Assembly: GCA_051382335.1 (NCBI GenBank)
Contig: JBBCAX010000114.1
Span: 1-64,000 of the forward strand
Reading direction: 5' to 3'
Source of the DNA: Deltaproteobacteria bacterium TL4
Lineage (GTDB): Bacteria; SAR324; NAC60-12
Length of the DNA stretch: 64,000 nt
Shown in pieces: positions 8,488 to 19,407 of this stretch. A program made the position numbers and the translations under genes. The notes beneath the pieces are model-generated. The model saw nothing but the letters and a program-made list of their open reading frames with translations, was not told the origin of the DNA and did not search any database. How positions within the stretch are numbered: the first letter of the stretch is position 1; each line of letters begins with the position of its first letter.

Positions 8488-9920
8488 GGTTCTTTTCCTA
8501 AAAGTTTTTTAATAAATAAAGGCCGTATCAGACAGGTTGACAAGGCATAGGCCAAAGCGCCCACTATAATCAGAATAATCAAATGACTCAAGTTGTGAGG
8601 CACCTGAACATAGGGTTTGATAGCAAGCACCACGCCAAGCATCACTAGGGATACCGCCAGGTTTTTAAACAGTTCCGCTCCATGCTGCCTTAGGGACATG
8701 CCAGTGAGTTTGTATCTCACATAGTAATCTTGCACCACTAAAAAAAGACTTCGCAACCCCACGTAAACGATTAAAAAATCCCAAAAATCTAATAACATTC
8801 CTAGAAGAAAGGTGAGAGACAGCACTATCAAATAGGAAACATTCATATAAAACCCGACATTCGTTTTGCCCAGAGCCATGAGGTAAGAGCCAATGGGATT
8901 TCCTGTGCTGATCACCAAGCCGATGATCCAGATCATATTTAAGATCTCAATGGTTTGTCCCCACCCTTCTCCATAAAAAACGTCAATCATTTCCTTGGCC
9001 ACCGCAAACATTCCAAGATAGAGGGGAAACGTAAAAAAAGTGATGCGGGCAATGTTATCAATATAAATCTGATTTAACCGCGCCAGATCCTGCTGTATTT
9101 TGGCGTAGACCGGAAAGGTCACTTTGTTGGCAATGGCATTAATGACGAAGATGGGTCGGGTCACCAGTTGAGACGCCAAATTATAGTGTCCCAGCAGTTC
9201 CATGCCGAAAAGTTTTCCGATCACCAGTTTGTCCAAATTGGAGGTAAAGAAATTAAGCGAACGCTCTCCTGTCTGGTAGAGTCCGAAGCTTAGAAATCCA
9301 TGCAAATCATCCCAACGGAAATGCAAGGAGGGCCGATGGAGTTTAAGTCCTGCCCAGACAAACATAATCGTGATGATCAAAGCATTGGAGAGCAGTTCAA
9401 AAACAAGGGCATAGATTCCAAAGCCTTCAATCGCCAAAGCCAGCGCAAGCACAAAACTGATGGTGCGTCCGACTATTTCGATTTTGGATAAAATAGAGAA
9501 CATCAGCTCTTTTTGGAGGAGGATCCTGAATTGCATCCCAAAGGGCAAAATCAGAAAAGAGACCGCCACCCAAGCGATCAATGCTATTAAGCGGGGTTCT
9601 TGGTAAAAGGAGGCAATCACGGGTAAAAACACAATCAAAATTCCAAACAAAAGAATGCCGGTGAGAATATTAAACCAATAGAGTGAACTCAGTTGTTCAT
9701 GCGAAACTTCCTGATGATGAATGATCGCATTGGAAACACCCATGTCGATAAACGCTTGAGCAAAACCGATGACCACAGAGACGATCGCCATCAACCCGAA
9801 CTCATCCGGCGTTAAAAAACGAGCAAGAATGGCCAGCAATGCCAGTTGAAGGATGGCGGTGATTAAGGTGGAGATGGCGGTCCATTGAACGCCGCGAATC
9901 ACTTTAAGATTTGAGGACAT
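8484..9920 (-). CDS. wzx: Wzx/MOP-family polysaccharide flippase (WzxC-like)
   Basis: LARFLTPDEFGL, NLDKLVIGK and LGHYNLA motifs; 12+ TM segments. Confidence 0.9.
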   Translation of the reverse strand: MSSNLKVIRGVQWTAISTLITAILQLALLAILARFLTPDEFGLMAIVSVVIGFAQAFIDMGVSNAIIHHQEVSHEQLSSLYWFNILTGILLFGILIVFLPVIASFYQEPRLIALIAWVAVSFLILPFGMQFRILLQKELMFSILSKIEIVGRTISFVLALALAIEGFGIYALVFELLSNALIITIMFVWAGLKLHRPSLHFRWDDLHGFLSFGLYQTGERSLNFFTSNLDKLVIGKLFGMELLGHYNLASQLVTRPIFVINAIANKVTFPVYAKIQQDLARLNQIYIDNIARITFFTFPLYLGMFAVAKEMIDVFYGEGWGQTIEILNMIWIIGLVISTGNPIGSYLMALGKTNVGFYMNVSYLIVLSLTFLLGMLLDFWDFLIVYVGLRSLFLVVQDYYVRYKLTGMSLRQHGAELFKNLAVSLVMLGVVLAIKPYVQVPHNLSHLIILIIVGALAYALSTCLIRPLFIKKLLGKEP

Positions 9921-9924
9921 GAGC

Positions 9925-11139
9925 TCAACTTGATGAAGAACCGGATGATTGCGAGTGATAGGAATCGATTACTTGTTCATAGAGCGATTCCAGTTTTTGA
10001 GCTTGATACGCGGAGTTGAAATCTCTTTCCATTTTTTGACGACCGGCTTTGCCCATTTGAAGACAGAGTGTCGGGTTTTCTAAAAGTGTTCGAAGTTTTG
10101 AGGCTAAGGCGTCCACATCCCGTTCAGGGACTAAAAACCCCGTTTTTTCATTTTCTATCACTTCTGGAATCCCGCTATGATACGTTCCGATCACAGGCAA
10201 CGATGTGGCAGAGGCTTCCATAAAAACCGTGGGCAACCCTTCGGAATCTCCATTTTTCGCGGTGACACTGGGCAAACAAAATACGGCGGCCTGTCGCAAT
10301 TTTTTGGCATATTCCTGATAAGACAAGGAGCCTAAAAAACGCACATAGCCTTGCAGTTGTAAGTGTTCCACCAGTTGAGTCAGCGTGGAGCGCAAAGGTC
10401 CGTCTCCAATAATCTCCAGACGAACCTTCGGAAATTGATCCTTAATCAGTACAATCGCCCGGATGAGATAGTCTATACCTTTTTTTTCCACTAGACGACC
10501 CGCCGTAAGAATGTGAAAAGGAGACACCGCCGAAGCGGTTTGAAACAGGGAAAGATCAATTCCCATATAATGCAGGAGAATCCGCTCCTCAGGAAAGCCC
10601 AGGTCCAGCAGACATTTTTGAATGAAACGGGAGTTTGCCAGAAAACAGTCACCTTTCTGAGACAGCTGACGCCTTTGGAGTAAATAGTTTACATGGGAAA
10701 TTTTTCTGGACCACAACAAACTTGCCGCCGTTTGCGATGCGTCAAAGCCATAAAATGAGGTAATCAGCGGAATGTTCAGGCGTTTTGCGAAAGGCAGGGC
10801 GTAAGTGCCCTCAACCCCGAAATGGGCATGTAGTAATTCGGGTTGAACCCTCTGCATGTGACGCAATAAAGCCTGGCTTTTGCCTGTTAAGGTGTAAATG
10901 AATTTTCGCCAAAGCCTCTCGTCCCCCTGAGGATTGAGCAAATGAAGGTTCGGAATTTCGAAGTCTCCATTTCCGCGCTCTCTTCCAAAAAAATGAGCTT
11001 CCCATTTCGAAAAATATTTAACCTGCTCCAGAATAAAGGTCTCTGTTATCGGAAGCAAAATATGGTGAAAAACCCCGATTTTTCGCTTGAGCTCCTGTGG
11101 TTCTTCCATGTCCTCTCTACATGATTCAAATGACTGCAT
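9925..11139 (-). CDS. GT4 glycosyltransferase (WcaL-like)
   Basis: HAHFG, GRLVEKKG, GDSEGLPTVFMEA and HSGIPE motifs. Confidence 0.9.
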   Translation of the reverse strand: MQSFESCREDMEEPQELKRKIGVFHHILLPITETFILEQVKYFSKWEAHFFGRERGNGDFEIPNLHLLNPQGDERLWRKFIYTLTGKSQALLRHMQRVQPELLHAHFGVEGTYALPFAKRLNIPLITSFYGFDASQTAASLLWSRKISHVNYLLQRRQLSQKGDCFLANSRFIQKCLLDLGFPEERILLHYMGIDLSLFQTASAVSPFHILTAGRLVEKKGIDYLIRAIVLIKDQFPKVRLEIIGDGPLRSTLTQLVEHLQLQGYVRFLGSLSYQEYAKKLRQAAVFCLPSVTAKNGDSEGLPTVFMEASATSLPVIGTYHSGIPEVIENEKTGFLVPERDVDALASKLRTLLENPTLCLQMGKAGRQKMERDFNSAYQAQKLESLYEQVIDSYHSQSSGSSSS

Positions 11140-11507
11140 AGGAAAATCAAAATGGCTGAGGGTTCATAACATCTGAAAATGTGTTTGTAAAGCATAATTT
11201 AGGTTATTTTCTGCGAGGATTCTCTTGTATCAGAAGCATGAGCTGGTGTGCGGAAGATTTTATGTTTTAACGGTTCTTCCTCGGCTTCTGCTTGAAATTA
11301 CTGAAAAAACTGATTATTAAACAGCGAGATTGCCCGGACACGGGTTCCGTTTAGTTTCTTTTATGACAAAAATATCCTTGTCTATCATCAACTTTTGTAT
11401 TAGTAAAGACCTCCGCTCCATAGCAAAGGCCTCGCAACACATAGTTTGTTTTTGTGCGGAAACACTTAATTGACCTAACTCGCCATTTCCTTTTTAAATT
11501 TAAAACT

Positions 11508-13040
11508 ATGAGTGCACGTTTACCTTTGATACTTGGCCTTAGCCTGATTCTGGTTTTTTTAATTTTATTTGGCTACAGCACTTATCGTCCAATCGATGGA
11601 GATGAAGGTTTTTACACGGTCGCCTCACAACTGACTTTTGAAGGTCGAACTCCCCACATTGACTACTTCTTCACTCAAGCCCCTGCGCTGCCCTATGTTT
11701 ATGGCGGATATTTGAGCTGGGTGCCCCCTTCACTCTTAGGCTTAAGAAGTCTTTCGGTCATTTTCAGCATGCTGCTGGTAATCCTTTGGAGCGGCTTTAT
11801 TTACAAAGAGTATCGGAATCAGCCTTTGATTGTCATCTTCACTTTGCTAATCATGTTACTCAATCCCTATTTCTACTCATGGGGAGTCGTTGTCAAAACT
11901 TATGCGCTTTCGAACCTGCTCATTTCTATCGTGTTCCTCTTGCTCTATGAGGCTCTTCAAAATCCCAAACCGGTCTATTTCTTTCTTGCGGGATTTTGTT
12001 TTTCTTTCTGCGCACAAGTTCGCCTTCTTTATTCATTGGTCGGCTTTTGTTTGTTTTTTTGGATTTTAGGCTTTCCTCAAAAACAACTCAAATTCACCCT
12101 GAATATTAAAGCCTCGCTCATTTTTATCTCAGGAGTCCTCATCAGTCTGATTCCTATAGTGGTGTTGTATCATAAGCACCAGGATGTTTTTCTCTTCAAC
12201 ATTTTGGAGTATCACCTCCTCCGTAAAGCAACACCCCCCGTTTGGGAACATGGACGATACATCCTATCCTTCCTGAAAAAAGTTTTTTCACTGCAGTACC
12301 TGCTGGTTCAGACGCTACTTGGGTTTGTGGGGTTTTATGCGCTGCTGAAACGGAAGGACTTCCAAAATCAAGATCCTCAGAGACCCTGGCTGTATCTCGT
12401 ATTTTCCTCTTTAATCACTTTCTTGGGATCATCGGCCCTTCCTTATCCTTTACATCAACAATATTTCACGGCTCCCCTGATGCCCTTCTATCTCCCCTTC
12501 ATCGCTTATGGGGTGGGGTTTATATTGACCAAACGCAATGGCGATAAATTTTGCCTCTTGCTGATCATCGTCGGGTTGATTTTTGTTGTACCCCATACAA
12601 CCAGGGAATCCTTAAGAAACTCGGAGCGAGATGTTTGGAAAATTTCAGAATATAATCGTGTCTCACAGTATCTGAAAACGCATTCGTCCCGGAAAGACAG
12701 GATCCTTTCCTTTTGGCCGGGTTATCAGTTTGAGGCACAACGGAACTACTATCCTGGAACCGAAAACAGTTTTGGAATTCGTGTGGCGGGAAAACTTGCT
12801 TATGATTTGGCTGAATCTTATCACTTGCTCACTAAGGAGCGAATATTTGAGTTAGTCCATAATCAAGTTCCAACTATTGTTCTTGTGGGAGCATGGATGA
12901 AGGAGTTTCACAACACCCTGTCCATGCGGGAATATCAAAATTTCTACAAAAATCTGGATCAACACTATCAACTTCAGCAAAGTTTTGGTGAGGTTAAATT
13001 CTACGTTAGAAGAAACCTTTCGATTCCTTTTCGTCTATGA
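11508..13040 (+). CDS. ArnT/PMT-like (GT-C) membrane glycosyltransferase
   Basis: DGDEGFY in the first periplasmic loop and many TM helices; ATG at 11508 preferred over GTG at 11454. Confidence 0.75.
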   Translation: MSARLPLILGLSLILVFLILFGYSTYRPIDGDEGFYTVASQLTFEGRTPHIDYFFTQAPALPYVYGGYLSWVPPSLLGLRSLSVIFSMLLVILWSGFIYKEYRNQPLIVIFTLLIMLLNPYFYSWGVVVKTYALSNLLISIVFLLLYEALQNPKPVYFFLAGFCFSFCAQVRLLYSLVGFCLFFWILGFPQKQLKFTLNIKASLIFISGVLISLIPIVVLYHKHQDVFLFNILEYHLLRKATPPVWEHGRYILSFLKKVFSLQYLLVQTLLGFVGFYALLKRKDFQNQDPQRPWLYLVFSSLITFLGSSALPYPLHQQYFTAPLMPFYLPFIAYGVGFILTKRNGDKFCLLLIIVGLIFVVPHTTRESLRNSERDVWKISEYNRVSQYLKTHSSRKDRILSFWPGYQFEAQRNYYPGTENSFGIRVAGKLAYDLAESYHLLTKERIFELVHNQVPTIVLVGAWMKEFHNTLSMREYQNFYKNLDQHYQLQQSFGEVKFYVRRNLSIPFRL

Positions 13041-13766
13041 CTTGAGGGCTGACTCGGGCTCACTAATAATTTTTTGAATGGTTTTCAATGTCAGGTATAA
13101 ATCGTGATTGGAAGCCTTGTCACATGATTTTTTTGCCCATGTCATCCACTCAACGAGATCTTTTCTGGTATCAATATCAATTTCTTGATCCAGCAGGGCA
13201 AAGGCCCGTTGATTGACTTCACATCGCCTTAGGACTTCCTGACAATCCGTGCCTTGACTCCATTGAATTCCTTCTTTCATCATTCCCCACGGTTTTGTGT
13301 AACCGACCAAATACATGCCTCCTGCATTGTCCGGTCCAATCACCACAGGGAATTGCCGAAGTAAAGTCAGCGCTTTTTGAATGTGGTGCTGAGATAAATG
13401 AGGAATATCACTACCGATCACAACCATCCGTTGATAGCCTTGCGCGGAAAACCGCTCGAAGCAATGTTCCATCAAAATTCCGATGTCTTGGGTGTGAGCG
13501 GGCATCGCTGAAATTTGTGCTGGTGTGAGCTCATAATGTGCTCGAAATAGTTCCAGTTCCTTGGCGTTCGCCCCGCCCAACATGATTTTAAAATCAAAGT
13601 GGTCTTGCTTTTGAAAACGTGGAATGAGGGCATCCAAAAAAGTTTGGTATAAACGGCAAGCCTGGACGGGGGGCACGGGGGGATCCGAAAATTCAGGACG
13701 GCTCAAACGTGTTTTTACTGTTCCTACTTTTGGATAGCGGGCGAATAAAATCAGGAGGGAGTTCAT
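13035..13766 (-). CDS. DUF2064/TIGR04282-type nucleotide-diphospho-sugar transferase
   Basis: FARYPKVGTVKTRL, IGSDIPHL, IGPDNAGGMYLVG and DIDT motifs. Confidence 0.85.
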   Translation of the reverse strand: MNSLLILFARYPKVGTVKTRLSRPEFSDPPVPPVQACRLYQTFLDALIPRFQKQDHFDFKIMLGGANAKELELFRAHYELTPAQISAMPAHTQDIGILMEHCFERFSAQGYQRMVVIGSDIPHLSQHHIQKALTLLRQFPVVIGPDNAGGMYLVGYTKPWGMMKEGIQWSQGTDCQEVLRRCEVNQRAFALLDQEIDIDTRKDLVEWMTWAKKSCDKASNHDLYLTLKTIQKIISEPESALKS

Positions 13767-13940
13767 TTTTATGGTTCCAAGGTTAAAGATTTTTTTTTAG
13801 GAAAATTGGATTGCGCCTAAGGTTCTCGCTCGCTATTCGCCGTTCCAGCATCAAGCCTGAGGAGGATTTATAAAAACCAGATAAGCTAAACTCATACTAG
13901 TTTATCCTGTGAATAATTTCAATATAAACATAGTTTTATA

Positions 13941-13969
13941 TTGACCTTTGAGTTACGTTTTTTTAGAGT
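13941..13969 (+). promoter_or_regulatory. Candidate sigma70 promoter of sdhCAB
   Basis: TTGACC-17 bp-TAGAGT, about 60 nt upstream of sdhC. Confidence 0.35.
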
Positions 13970-14027
13970 CCGGGTGTTTGTTATTTTCATGGTGGTTGAC
14001 AAGCGTAATTTCTGTTAAGGATTAATT

Positions 14028-14642
14028 ATGGATTCAGATTTTTTAAAACGTCGGATACACAGTTTGACAGGAATAATTCCTGTGGGTCTGTTCTTATTCT
14101 ATCATCTTTATTTACAGCTTTACCTTCATTCGGGGAAAGCGGTTTATAATCAACATGTGAACCAATTTTATGAGAGTCCTCTGGCTATTTGGATTCTTCT
14201 GTTTTTGGTCTATATTCCTCTCATCCTTCACGCTGGCTATGGAATCAAGTACAGTCTGGAAGCAAGAATTCAGCCTCAGTACCAGTACTTTGCCCATTTC
14301 ATGTATTGGATGCAGCGTTTGAGTGGCGTAGGTGTTTTACTGTTCATCTTCGGGCATCTGTTCTTCGCCAAGCTTCAACCGATGCTTGCCGGGAACTGGG
14401 GAGACCATTATACTCATTTGTACGAAGGATATCATGCTCCAACAGCTTGGTTAACCAAAGCGGTGTATTTACTTGGTATTTTAGGCGCGACATTCCATTT
14501 GTCCAATGGCATCAATACGTTTTGCATTACGTGGGGCATCACATTGACCCACAGCGCTCAGAAGCGTATGCGCAATATCAGCATTGGAATTTTCATTATT
14601 CTGCTGTTCAGTGCTTATTACGCCATTTCCGCAATTTGGTAG
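14028..14642 (+). CDS. sdhC: Succinate dehydrogenase cytochrome b558 subunit
   Basis: RIHSLTGIIP, QRLSG and FHLSNG motifs (Bacillus-type); upstream of sdhA. Confidence 0.92.
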   Translation: MDSDFLKRRIHSLTGIIPVGLFLFYHLYLQLYLHSGKAVYNQHVNQFYESPLAIWILLFLVYIPLILHAGYGIKYSLEARIQPQYQYFAHFMYWMQRLSGVGVLLFIFGHLFFAKLQPMLAGNWGDHYTHLYEGYHAPTAWLTKAVYLLGILGATFHLSNGINTFCITWGITLTHSAQKRMRNISIGIFIILLFSAYYAISAIW

Positions 14643-14736
14643 ACAGCTTATTCTCTAAAGGAAGCATAGCCTCATTTCAGTTTACTTCCGCTATTGAATC
14701 AATTTAAAAATTTGTTTAGAGTGATGGAGACAATTA

Positions 14737-16671
14737 ATGGCTAAACAACGAGTGATAGTAATCGGCGGTGGTCTGGCAGGTTTGTCAGCGACCATGAAGA
14801 TCGCCGAACAAGGCATGTCTGTGTTATTGGTTTCTTTCTTACCTGTGAAACGATCCCATTCGGTTTGCGCGCAAGGAGGGATTAATGGTGCGGTCAATAT
14901 TAAAGGGGAAGGGGATTCTCCTGATATTCATTTTTATGATACCGTAAAGGGCGGAGATTTCCTGGGGCATCAACCTTTATGCAAAGATATGTGTTACAAG
15001 GCTCCAGAGATTATTCATTTGCTGGACCGTATGGGAGTGACCTTCAACCGTACTTCTGAGGGACAATTAGATTTCCGAAGATTTGGAGGAACACTCCATC
15101 ATCGCACCGCGTTCGCTGGCGCCACGACAGGACAGCAGTTGCTTTATGCTCTGGATGAGCAGGTCCGTCGCTATGAAGTCGAAGGAAAAGTCGAAAAAAT
15201 GGAGTGGCATGAGTATTTAGGGAGTGTTCTCGATGGACAAGGCCGCTGTGTTGGCGCGGTGATCCACAATTTACGTTCAGGCGAGATACGCGCAGAACGT
15301 GGAAACGCGGTGATCTTGGCCACAGGGGGGAATGGCTTGGTTTATGGGCGTTCCACCAATTCGGCTGTTTGTACAGGAACCGCTACGGCGTCTGCTTATT
15401 TACAAGGGGCAAAATACGCGAATGGAGAGTTTATTCAAATCCATCCCACGGCAATTCCTGCCCATGATAAACTTCGTCTGATGAGCGAATCCGCTCGAGG
15501 AGAAGGGGGTCGTGTTTGGGTTCCCCGTAGAAAAGCGGATTCTCGTCCTCCAAGACAAATCCCGGAAGCAGAACGTTTTTATTTCCTTGAAGAACGATAC
15601 CCAAAATTCGGGAATCTGGTCCCGAGGGATGTCGGTTCACGTGAAATTTATGATATCTGTGTGAATGACGGCTTAGGCGTCAGAGGTGAGAATATCGTTT
15701 ATTTGGATCTGACTCACAAATCCCGAGAGTTTTTGGATAGCCGGTTGGGTGGCATCCTGGAAATTTATGAAAAGTTCACCGGAGCGGATCCTCACACGGA
15801 ACCTATGGAAATTTTCCCGGCCGTCCATTATACGATGGGAGGTGTTTGGACTGATTATGAACGAACCGCAGAGGGCTTGATCAACCACGGATCTCCTAGA
15901 AACCAGATGACTTCCATTCAAGGCTTATATGCGGCAGGAGAAGCCGATTACCAATACCATGGCGCCAACCGTTTAGGGGCAAATTCCCTGATGAGCTGTA
16001 TCTATACCGGTTTGATGATGGGACCGGGTGTGGTCAATTACGTCAAGAATCGTGGTAAGGCGGTTGAAGATTTGCCTGAAACCATTTATCACCAGGCAGT
16101 TCAGCAATGGAAAGAGCGTTTTGATTCCATTAAGAGAATGAACGGAACAGAAAATCCCTATAAGCTCCATCAGGAGATGGGTGAAATGATGATTGATAAT
16201 GTGCTGATTGTAAGAGATAACACCAGGCTACAGCGCACCTTGACGAAGCTTGATCAGATCGAAGAGCGTTGGAATGATGTGCAGTGTGTCGATACACAAA
16301 TTTGGACTAATCCGGTTCCAAGCTACATTAATCAACTTTACAATATGATTAAAATGGCCAAAGTCATCACCAAAGGGGCCTTGTTACGGGATGAATTTAG
16401 GGGCGCACATTATAAACCGGCTTTTGACTTAAACCAGCCTGAGGATTTCCGTCCGGAAGATTATTTGGAATACGTGAAACAAAAAGCAAGTGGTCAAGTT
16501 CAGGAAGGTGCTTTTACTCCGGAACATTTGGACTTTATGAAGCGTTTTGAAGCAAATAATGAAAAGTGGCTTAAGAGTACCATCGCGGTTTACAAGGACG
16601 GTCAACCCGATATCAGTTATGAGGCAGTGGATACATCGCTTATCCCTCCACGTCCAAGGAAATATGATTAG
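14737..16671 (+). CDS. sdhA: Succinate dehydrogenase flavoprotein subunit
   Basis: GGGLAG, RSHSVCAQGG, QIHPT and HGANRLGANSL motifs. Confidence 0.97.
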   Translation: MAKQRVIVIGGGLAGLSATMKIAEQGMSVLLVSFLPVKRSHSVCAQGGINGAVNIKGEGDSPDIHFYDTVKGGDFLGHQPLCKDMCYKAPEIIHLLDRMGVTFNRTSEGQLDFRRFGGTLHHRTAFAGATTGQQLLYALDEQVRRYEVEGKVEKMEWHEYLGSVLDGQGRCVGAVIHNLRSGEIRAERGNAVILATGGNGLVYGRSTNSAVCTGTATASAYLQGAKYANGEFIQIHPTAIPAHDKLRLMSESARGEGGRVWVPRRKADSRPPRQIPEAERFYFLEERYPKFGNLVPRDVGSREIYDICVNDGLGVRGENIVYLDLTHKSREFLDSRLGGILEIYEKFTGADPHTEPMEIFPAVHYTMGGVWTDYERTAEGLINHGSPRNQMTSIQGLYAAGEADYQYHGANRLGANSLMSCIYTGLMMGPGVVNYVKNRGKAVEDLPETIYHQAVQQWKERFDSIKRMNGTENPYKLHQEMGEMMIDNVLIVRDNTRLQRTLTKLDQIEERWNDVQCVDTQIWTNPVPSYINQLYNMIKMAKVITKGALLRDEFRGAHYKPAFDLNQPEDFRPEDYLEYVKQKASGQVQEGAFTPEHLDFMKRFEANNEKWLKSTIAVYKDGQPDISYEAVDTSLIPPRPRKYD

Positions 16672-16682
16672 GAGACCAAACC

Positions 16683-17432
16683 ATGGCAGAAACAACTGTA
16701 GAAATTAAAATCAAACGACAAGATTCTCGGGACTCAGAACCTTACTGGCAAACGTTTAACGCCACTCGTAAACCGAATGCTAATGTCATCTCGTGTTTAA
16801 TGGAGATACAGAGGAATCCGGTAACGACTGAAGGAAAGCGGGTCACACCTGTAGTCTGGGAATGTAATTGTCTCGAAGAAGTGTGTGGTGCATGTACGAT
16901 GCGGATCAATGGAAAAGTTCGTCAATCTTGCAGTGCTTTGATTGATAACTTGGAAAAACCCATCACCCTGGAACCCATGACCAAGTTTCCCATTGTACGG
17001 GATTTAATGGTGGACCGATCTCGTCTGTTTGAAGGCTTGAAGAAAGTCAAGGCCTGGAATCCTATGGATGGATTTTATAACTTGGGTTCAGGAGAAAAAT
17101 TCACGCAGGCAGAACACTCCATTGCTTACAAGCTCTCCGAGTGTATGACTTGCGGATGCTGCGTGGAAGCCTGTCCTCAATATAGCAAGGATGGAGATTT
17201 CATCGGCGCGGCGCCTATCAGTCAGGCTCGCTTGTTCAATATGAATCCCTCAGGGAAAAATCTCGCCAATGAGCGTTTGTCGGTCTTAATGAGTAAAGGC
17301 GGAATTGGCGACTGTGGCAATGCCCAAAACTGTGTTGAGGTTTGTCCGAAGTCTATTCCCTTAACGGAATCTATTGCGGAGATGGGGGCTCAGGTTTCCC
17401 GGAAATTCTGGAGAGATTTGTTCCGCGTATGA
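16683..17432 (+). CDS. sdhB: Succinate dehydrogenase iron-sulfur subunit
   Basis: CLEEVCGAC, CMTCGCCVEACP and CGNAQNCVEVCP clusters. Confidence 0.97.
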   Translation: MAETTVEIKIKRQDSRDSEPYWQTFNATRKPNANVISCLMEIQRNPVTTEGKRVTPVVWECNCLEEVCGACTMRINGKVRQSCSALIDNLEKPITLEPMTKFPIVRDLMVDRSRLFEGLKKVKAWNPMDGFYNLGSGEKFTQAEHSIAYKLSECMTCGCCVEACPQYSKDGDFIGAAPISQARLFNMNPSGKNLANERLSVLMSKGGIGDCGNAQNCVEVCPKSIPLTESIAEMGAQVSRKFWRDLFRV

Positions 17433-17732
17433 GATCCCGCACCTCTCAAAACTCCCCTCCTGCCTGATGTGTTTGTGGGCATGAGGGAACCTTGCAAAAA
17501 GGCCACAGAAAGGGGCCTGATGCGGGTTTTGATCTAGCCGACCCGTTTGTCGGCTTCCTCTTGTTTCCTATTCCCTGTGTCTCTTCCAGTCTGCTTTTTT
17601 CCAGTTTCGCTACTTTTTGCTGAGCCGTTAAATAATTCACTTTGTCTTATGATGATCTGTGCTTTGCCTGTTTAGAAATGGCACCAACAGTCAACTTCGG
17701 TCTCATTCGCAAGTTCCAGTTTGGGAACATCC

Positions 17733-17878
17733 TAGGAGGCTGTCCGAGAATAGAAGGTGAGCCTACGTAGGGTGCGCTTAAGCGAAGCGAGCGCGCCAAA
17801 AATAAGGGGACAGCAAGCTTTCTGGTGCGCTCGCTTCGCTGAAGCATACCCTACATCACAGCCTCAGACAGCCACCTA
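17733..17878. repeat. MITE-like element family B with internal GTAG-type REP doublet
   Basis: Ends TAGGAGGCTGTC / GACAGCCACCTA; internal GTAGGGTGCGCTTAAGCG...CGCTGAAGCATACCCTAC; second copy at 25361-25503. Confidence 0.8.
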
Positions 17879-18068
17879 TAGACGTTCATTTAAATAAATT
17901 CATTTGAGTCTAACCCCGACGGTGGAGTGCCAAAGCTTGCTTTGGCCAAAGGCAAAGAAAGGCCTTCGCCTTTCTAGCCAAAGCAAGCTTTGGCACTCCT
18001 GAAACAGCGTTGTTTAAACGGATCACGCAACAGGATGAGTTTTCTGAATCTATTTAAATGAACATCTA
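17879..18068. repeat. MITE family A (18-bp TIR) with internal GGAGTGCCAAAGCTTGCTTTGG hairpin
   Basis: TAGACGTTCATTTAAATA ... TATTTAAATGAACATCTA; other copies at 40680-40858 and 47475-47591 (partial). Confidence 0.85.
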
Positions 18069-18095
18069 GAGGAACGCCCTGAAAAACGGCTGCTA

Positions 18096-18196
18096 TAGTG
18101 CTCAAGATAAGTTTTGTCCTGGGAGCGAGGGCGTCCCGCCCTCCGGTGAGGGCAAGATGCCCTCGCTCCCAGGGAAAAAACTTTCCTGGACAGCTA
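18096..18196. repeat. MITE-like element family C
   Basis: TA on both flanks; internal GGGAGCGAGGGCGTC...GATGCCCTCGCTCCC hairpin. Confidence 0.8.
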
Positions 18197-18438
18197 TATC
18201 AACGTTAAACTTGCAAAACTAGGGTTGTTCTAAAATCTGAATTGACAGATGAACTTTTTTTTGACAGCTTTTAATGTGTAGCTGTTCATTCAAATAACCG
18301 CACGATGGAAGATGGTAGCCTCGGTTCCGTCTTGAGAAACAAGGAACTGATGCCCGGTCAACCTGCTTGTGAATTCTCAGATAACCTCTTGGTTGCACTT
18401 CTTGGTCCTAATAAAAGATGACATAGCATAAAGTCGAT

Positions 18439-19407
18439 ATGGAAAACACACTCAGTTCTTATAACTTGAAATACCCCAAAATTGAAGAAAAACAAAAGAC
18501 GCCTCTGGTTAGAGAGTTAATGGATGTCATCCATATACAAAATAAAATCATTCATAAACTTGAAAATGAAATAAAAAATCCCCCATCCCCTTCGGAACAG
18601 GAACTCGATTTTCGCAGGTTTAACATTTACAATGTTTTAAAAACCAAACGCACCTTTCAATTGATGCCGGACCCTATGTTAAGGTCGTTAGTCATCAATA
18701 TGAAGGTGTTACGTGTCAAAAAAGGCGAGAATGTTCTGGTTCAAAATGAACCGAGTCCTTATGTGTATTTGTTACTCCGTGGGAAGGTCGCGGTTTTGGT
18801 TGATGGAACCTTAATCTATAATTTTGCCCGGATTGGTGATATTTTTGGTGAAATCAGCTATTTGAATAAAACCCCTTGTACCGCAACCATTAGAGCGGAA
18901 GAAAACTTGGAGTTACTGGCGTTGACCCACAAAATCCTGGCGAAAATTGGAGGTACGGACTTTTATTTATGGTTGTGTCGTATCCTTTCAGATAAGCTGT
19001 CACGAACCTCTAAACAAATTTCTCAAAATGATCAAAACAAACCCAAACCCGCTCTTGCTCCTGAGAAAAAAGTGACACCTTTAGTTGACGAAACCTGTTA
19101 TGACACCGAGGACACACTGGCTCTGGAGCTTGAAGACATGACAGGGAATTCCTTTCCACTGGATCTGGAAGAGGCGAGTCTTGTCGCGACCGGAACTAAA
19201 AAAGCCTCAGCCACTCAAAATGAAGCGTTCCCTGAACCTGAGGCTCCAGCTAAAGAACCTTCTGCTAAAAAAATCGAAATCCCTAAAAATGAACCGGAAT
19301 ATGTGATGGGGGCAGAGGCTATAGAAGTGGAAGAAGGTGAAATGGCTGGTATTGATTCTGAAAAAATGAAGGAACTTCTAAAAAACATTAATAATTTAAA
19401 ACTATAG
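18439..19407 (+). CDS. Cyclic nucleotide-binding domain protein with N-terminal coiled coil and acidic disordered tail
   Basis: VYLLLRGKV, GDIFGEISYL and TATIRA motifs. Confidence 0.8.
   Translation: MENTLSSYNLKYPKIEEKQKTPLVRELMDVIHIQNKIIHKLENEIKNPPSPSEQELDFRRFNIYNVLKTKRTFQLMPDPMLRSLVINMKVLRVKKGENVLVQNEPSPYVYLLLRGKVAVLVDGTLIYNFARIGDIFGEISYLNKTPCTATIRAEENLELLALTHKILAKIGGTDFYLWLCRILSDKLSRTSKQISQNDQNKPKPALAPEKKVTPLVDETCYDTEDTLALELEDMTGNSFPLDLEEASLVATGTKKASATQNEAFPEPEAPAKEPSAKKIEIPKNEPEYVMGAEAIEVEEGEMAGIDSEKMKELLKNINNLKL

Noticed and set aside
18240..18430. Possible structured RNA upstream of the cNMP-binding gene
   Set aside because: No recognisable riboswitch or ncRNA consensus by eye; needs an Rfam scan.
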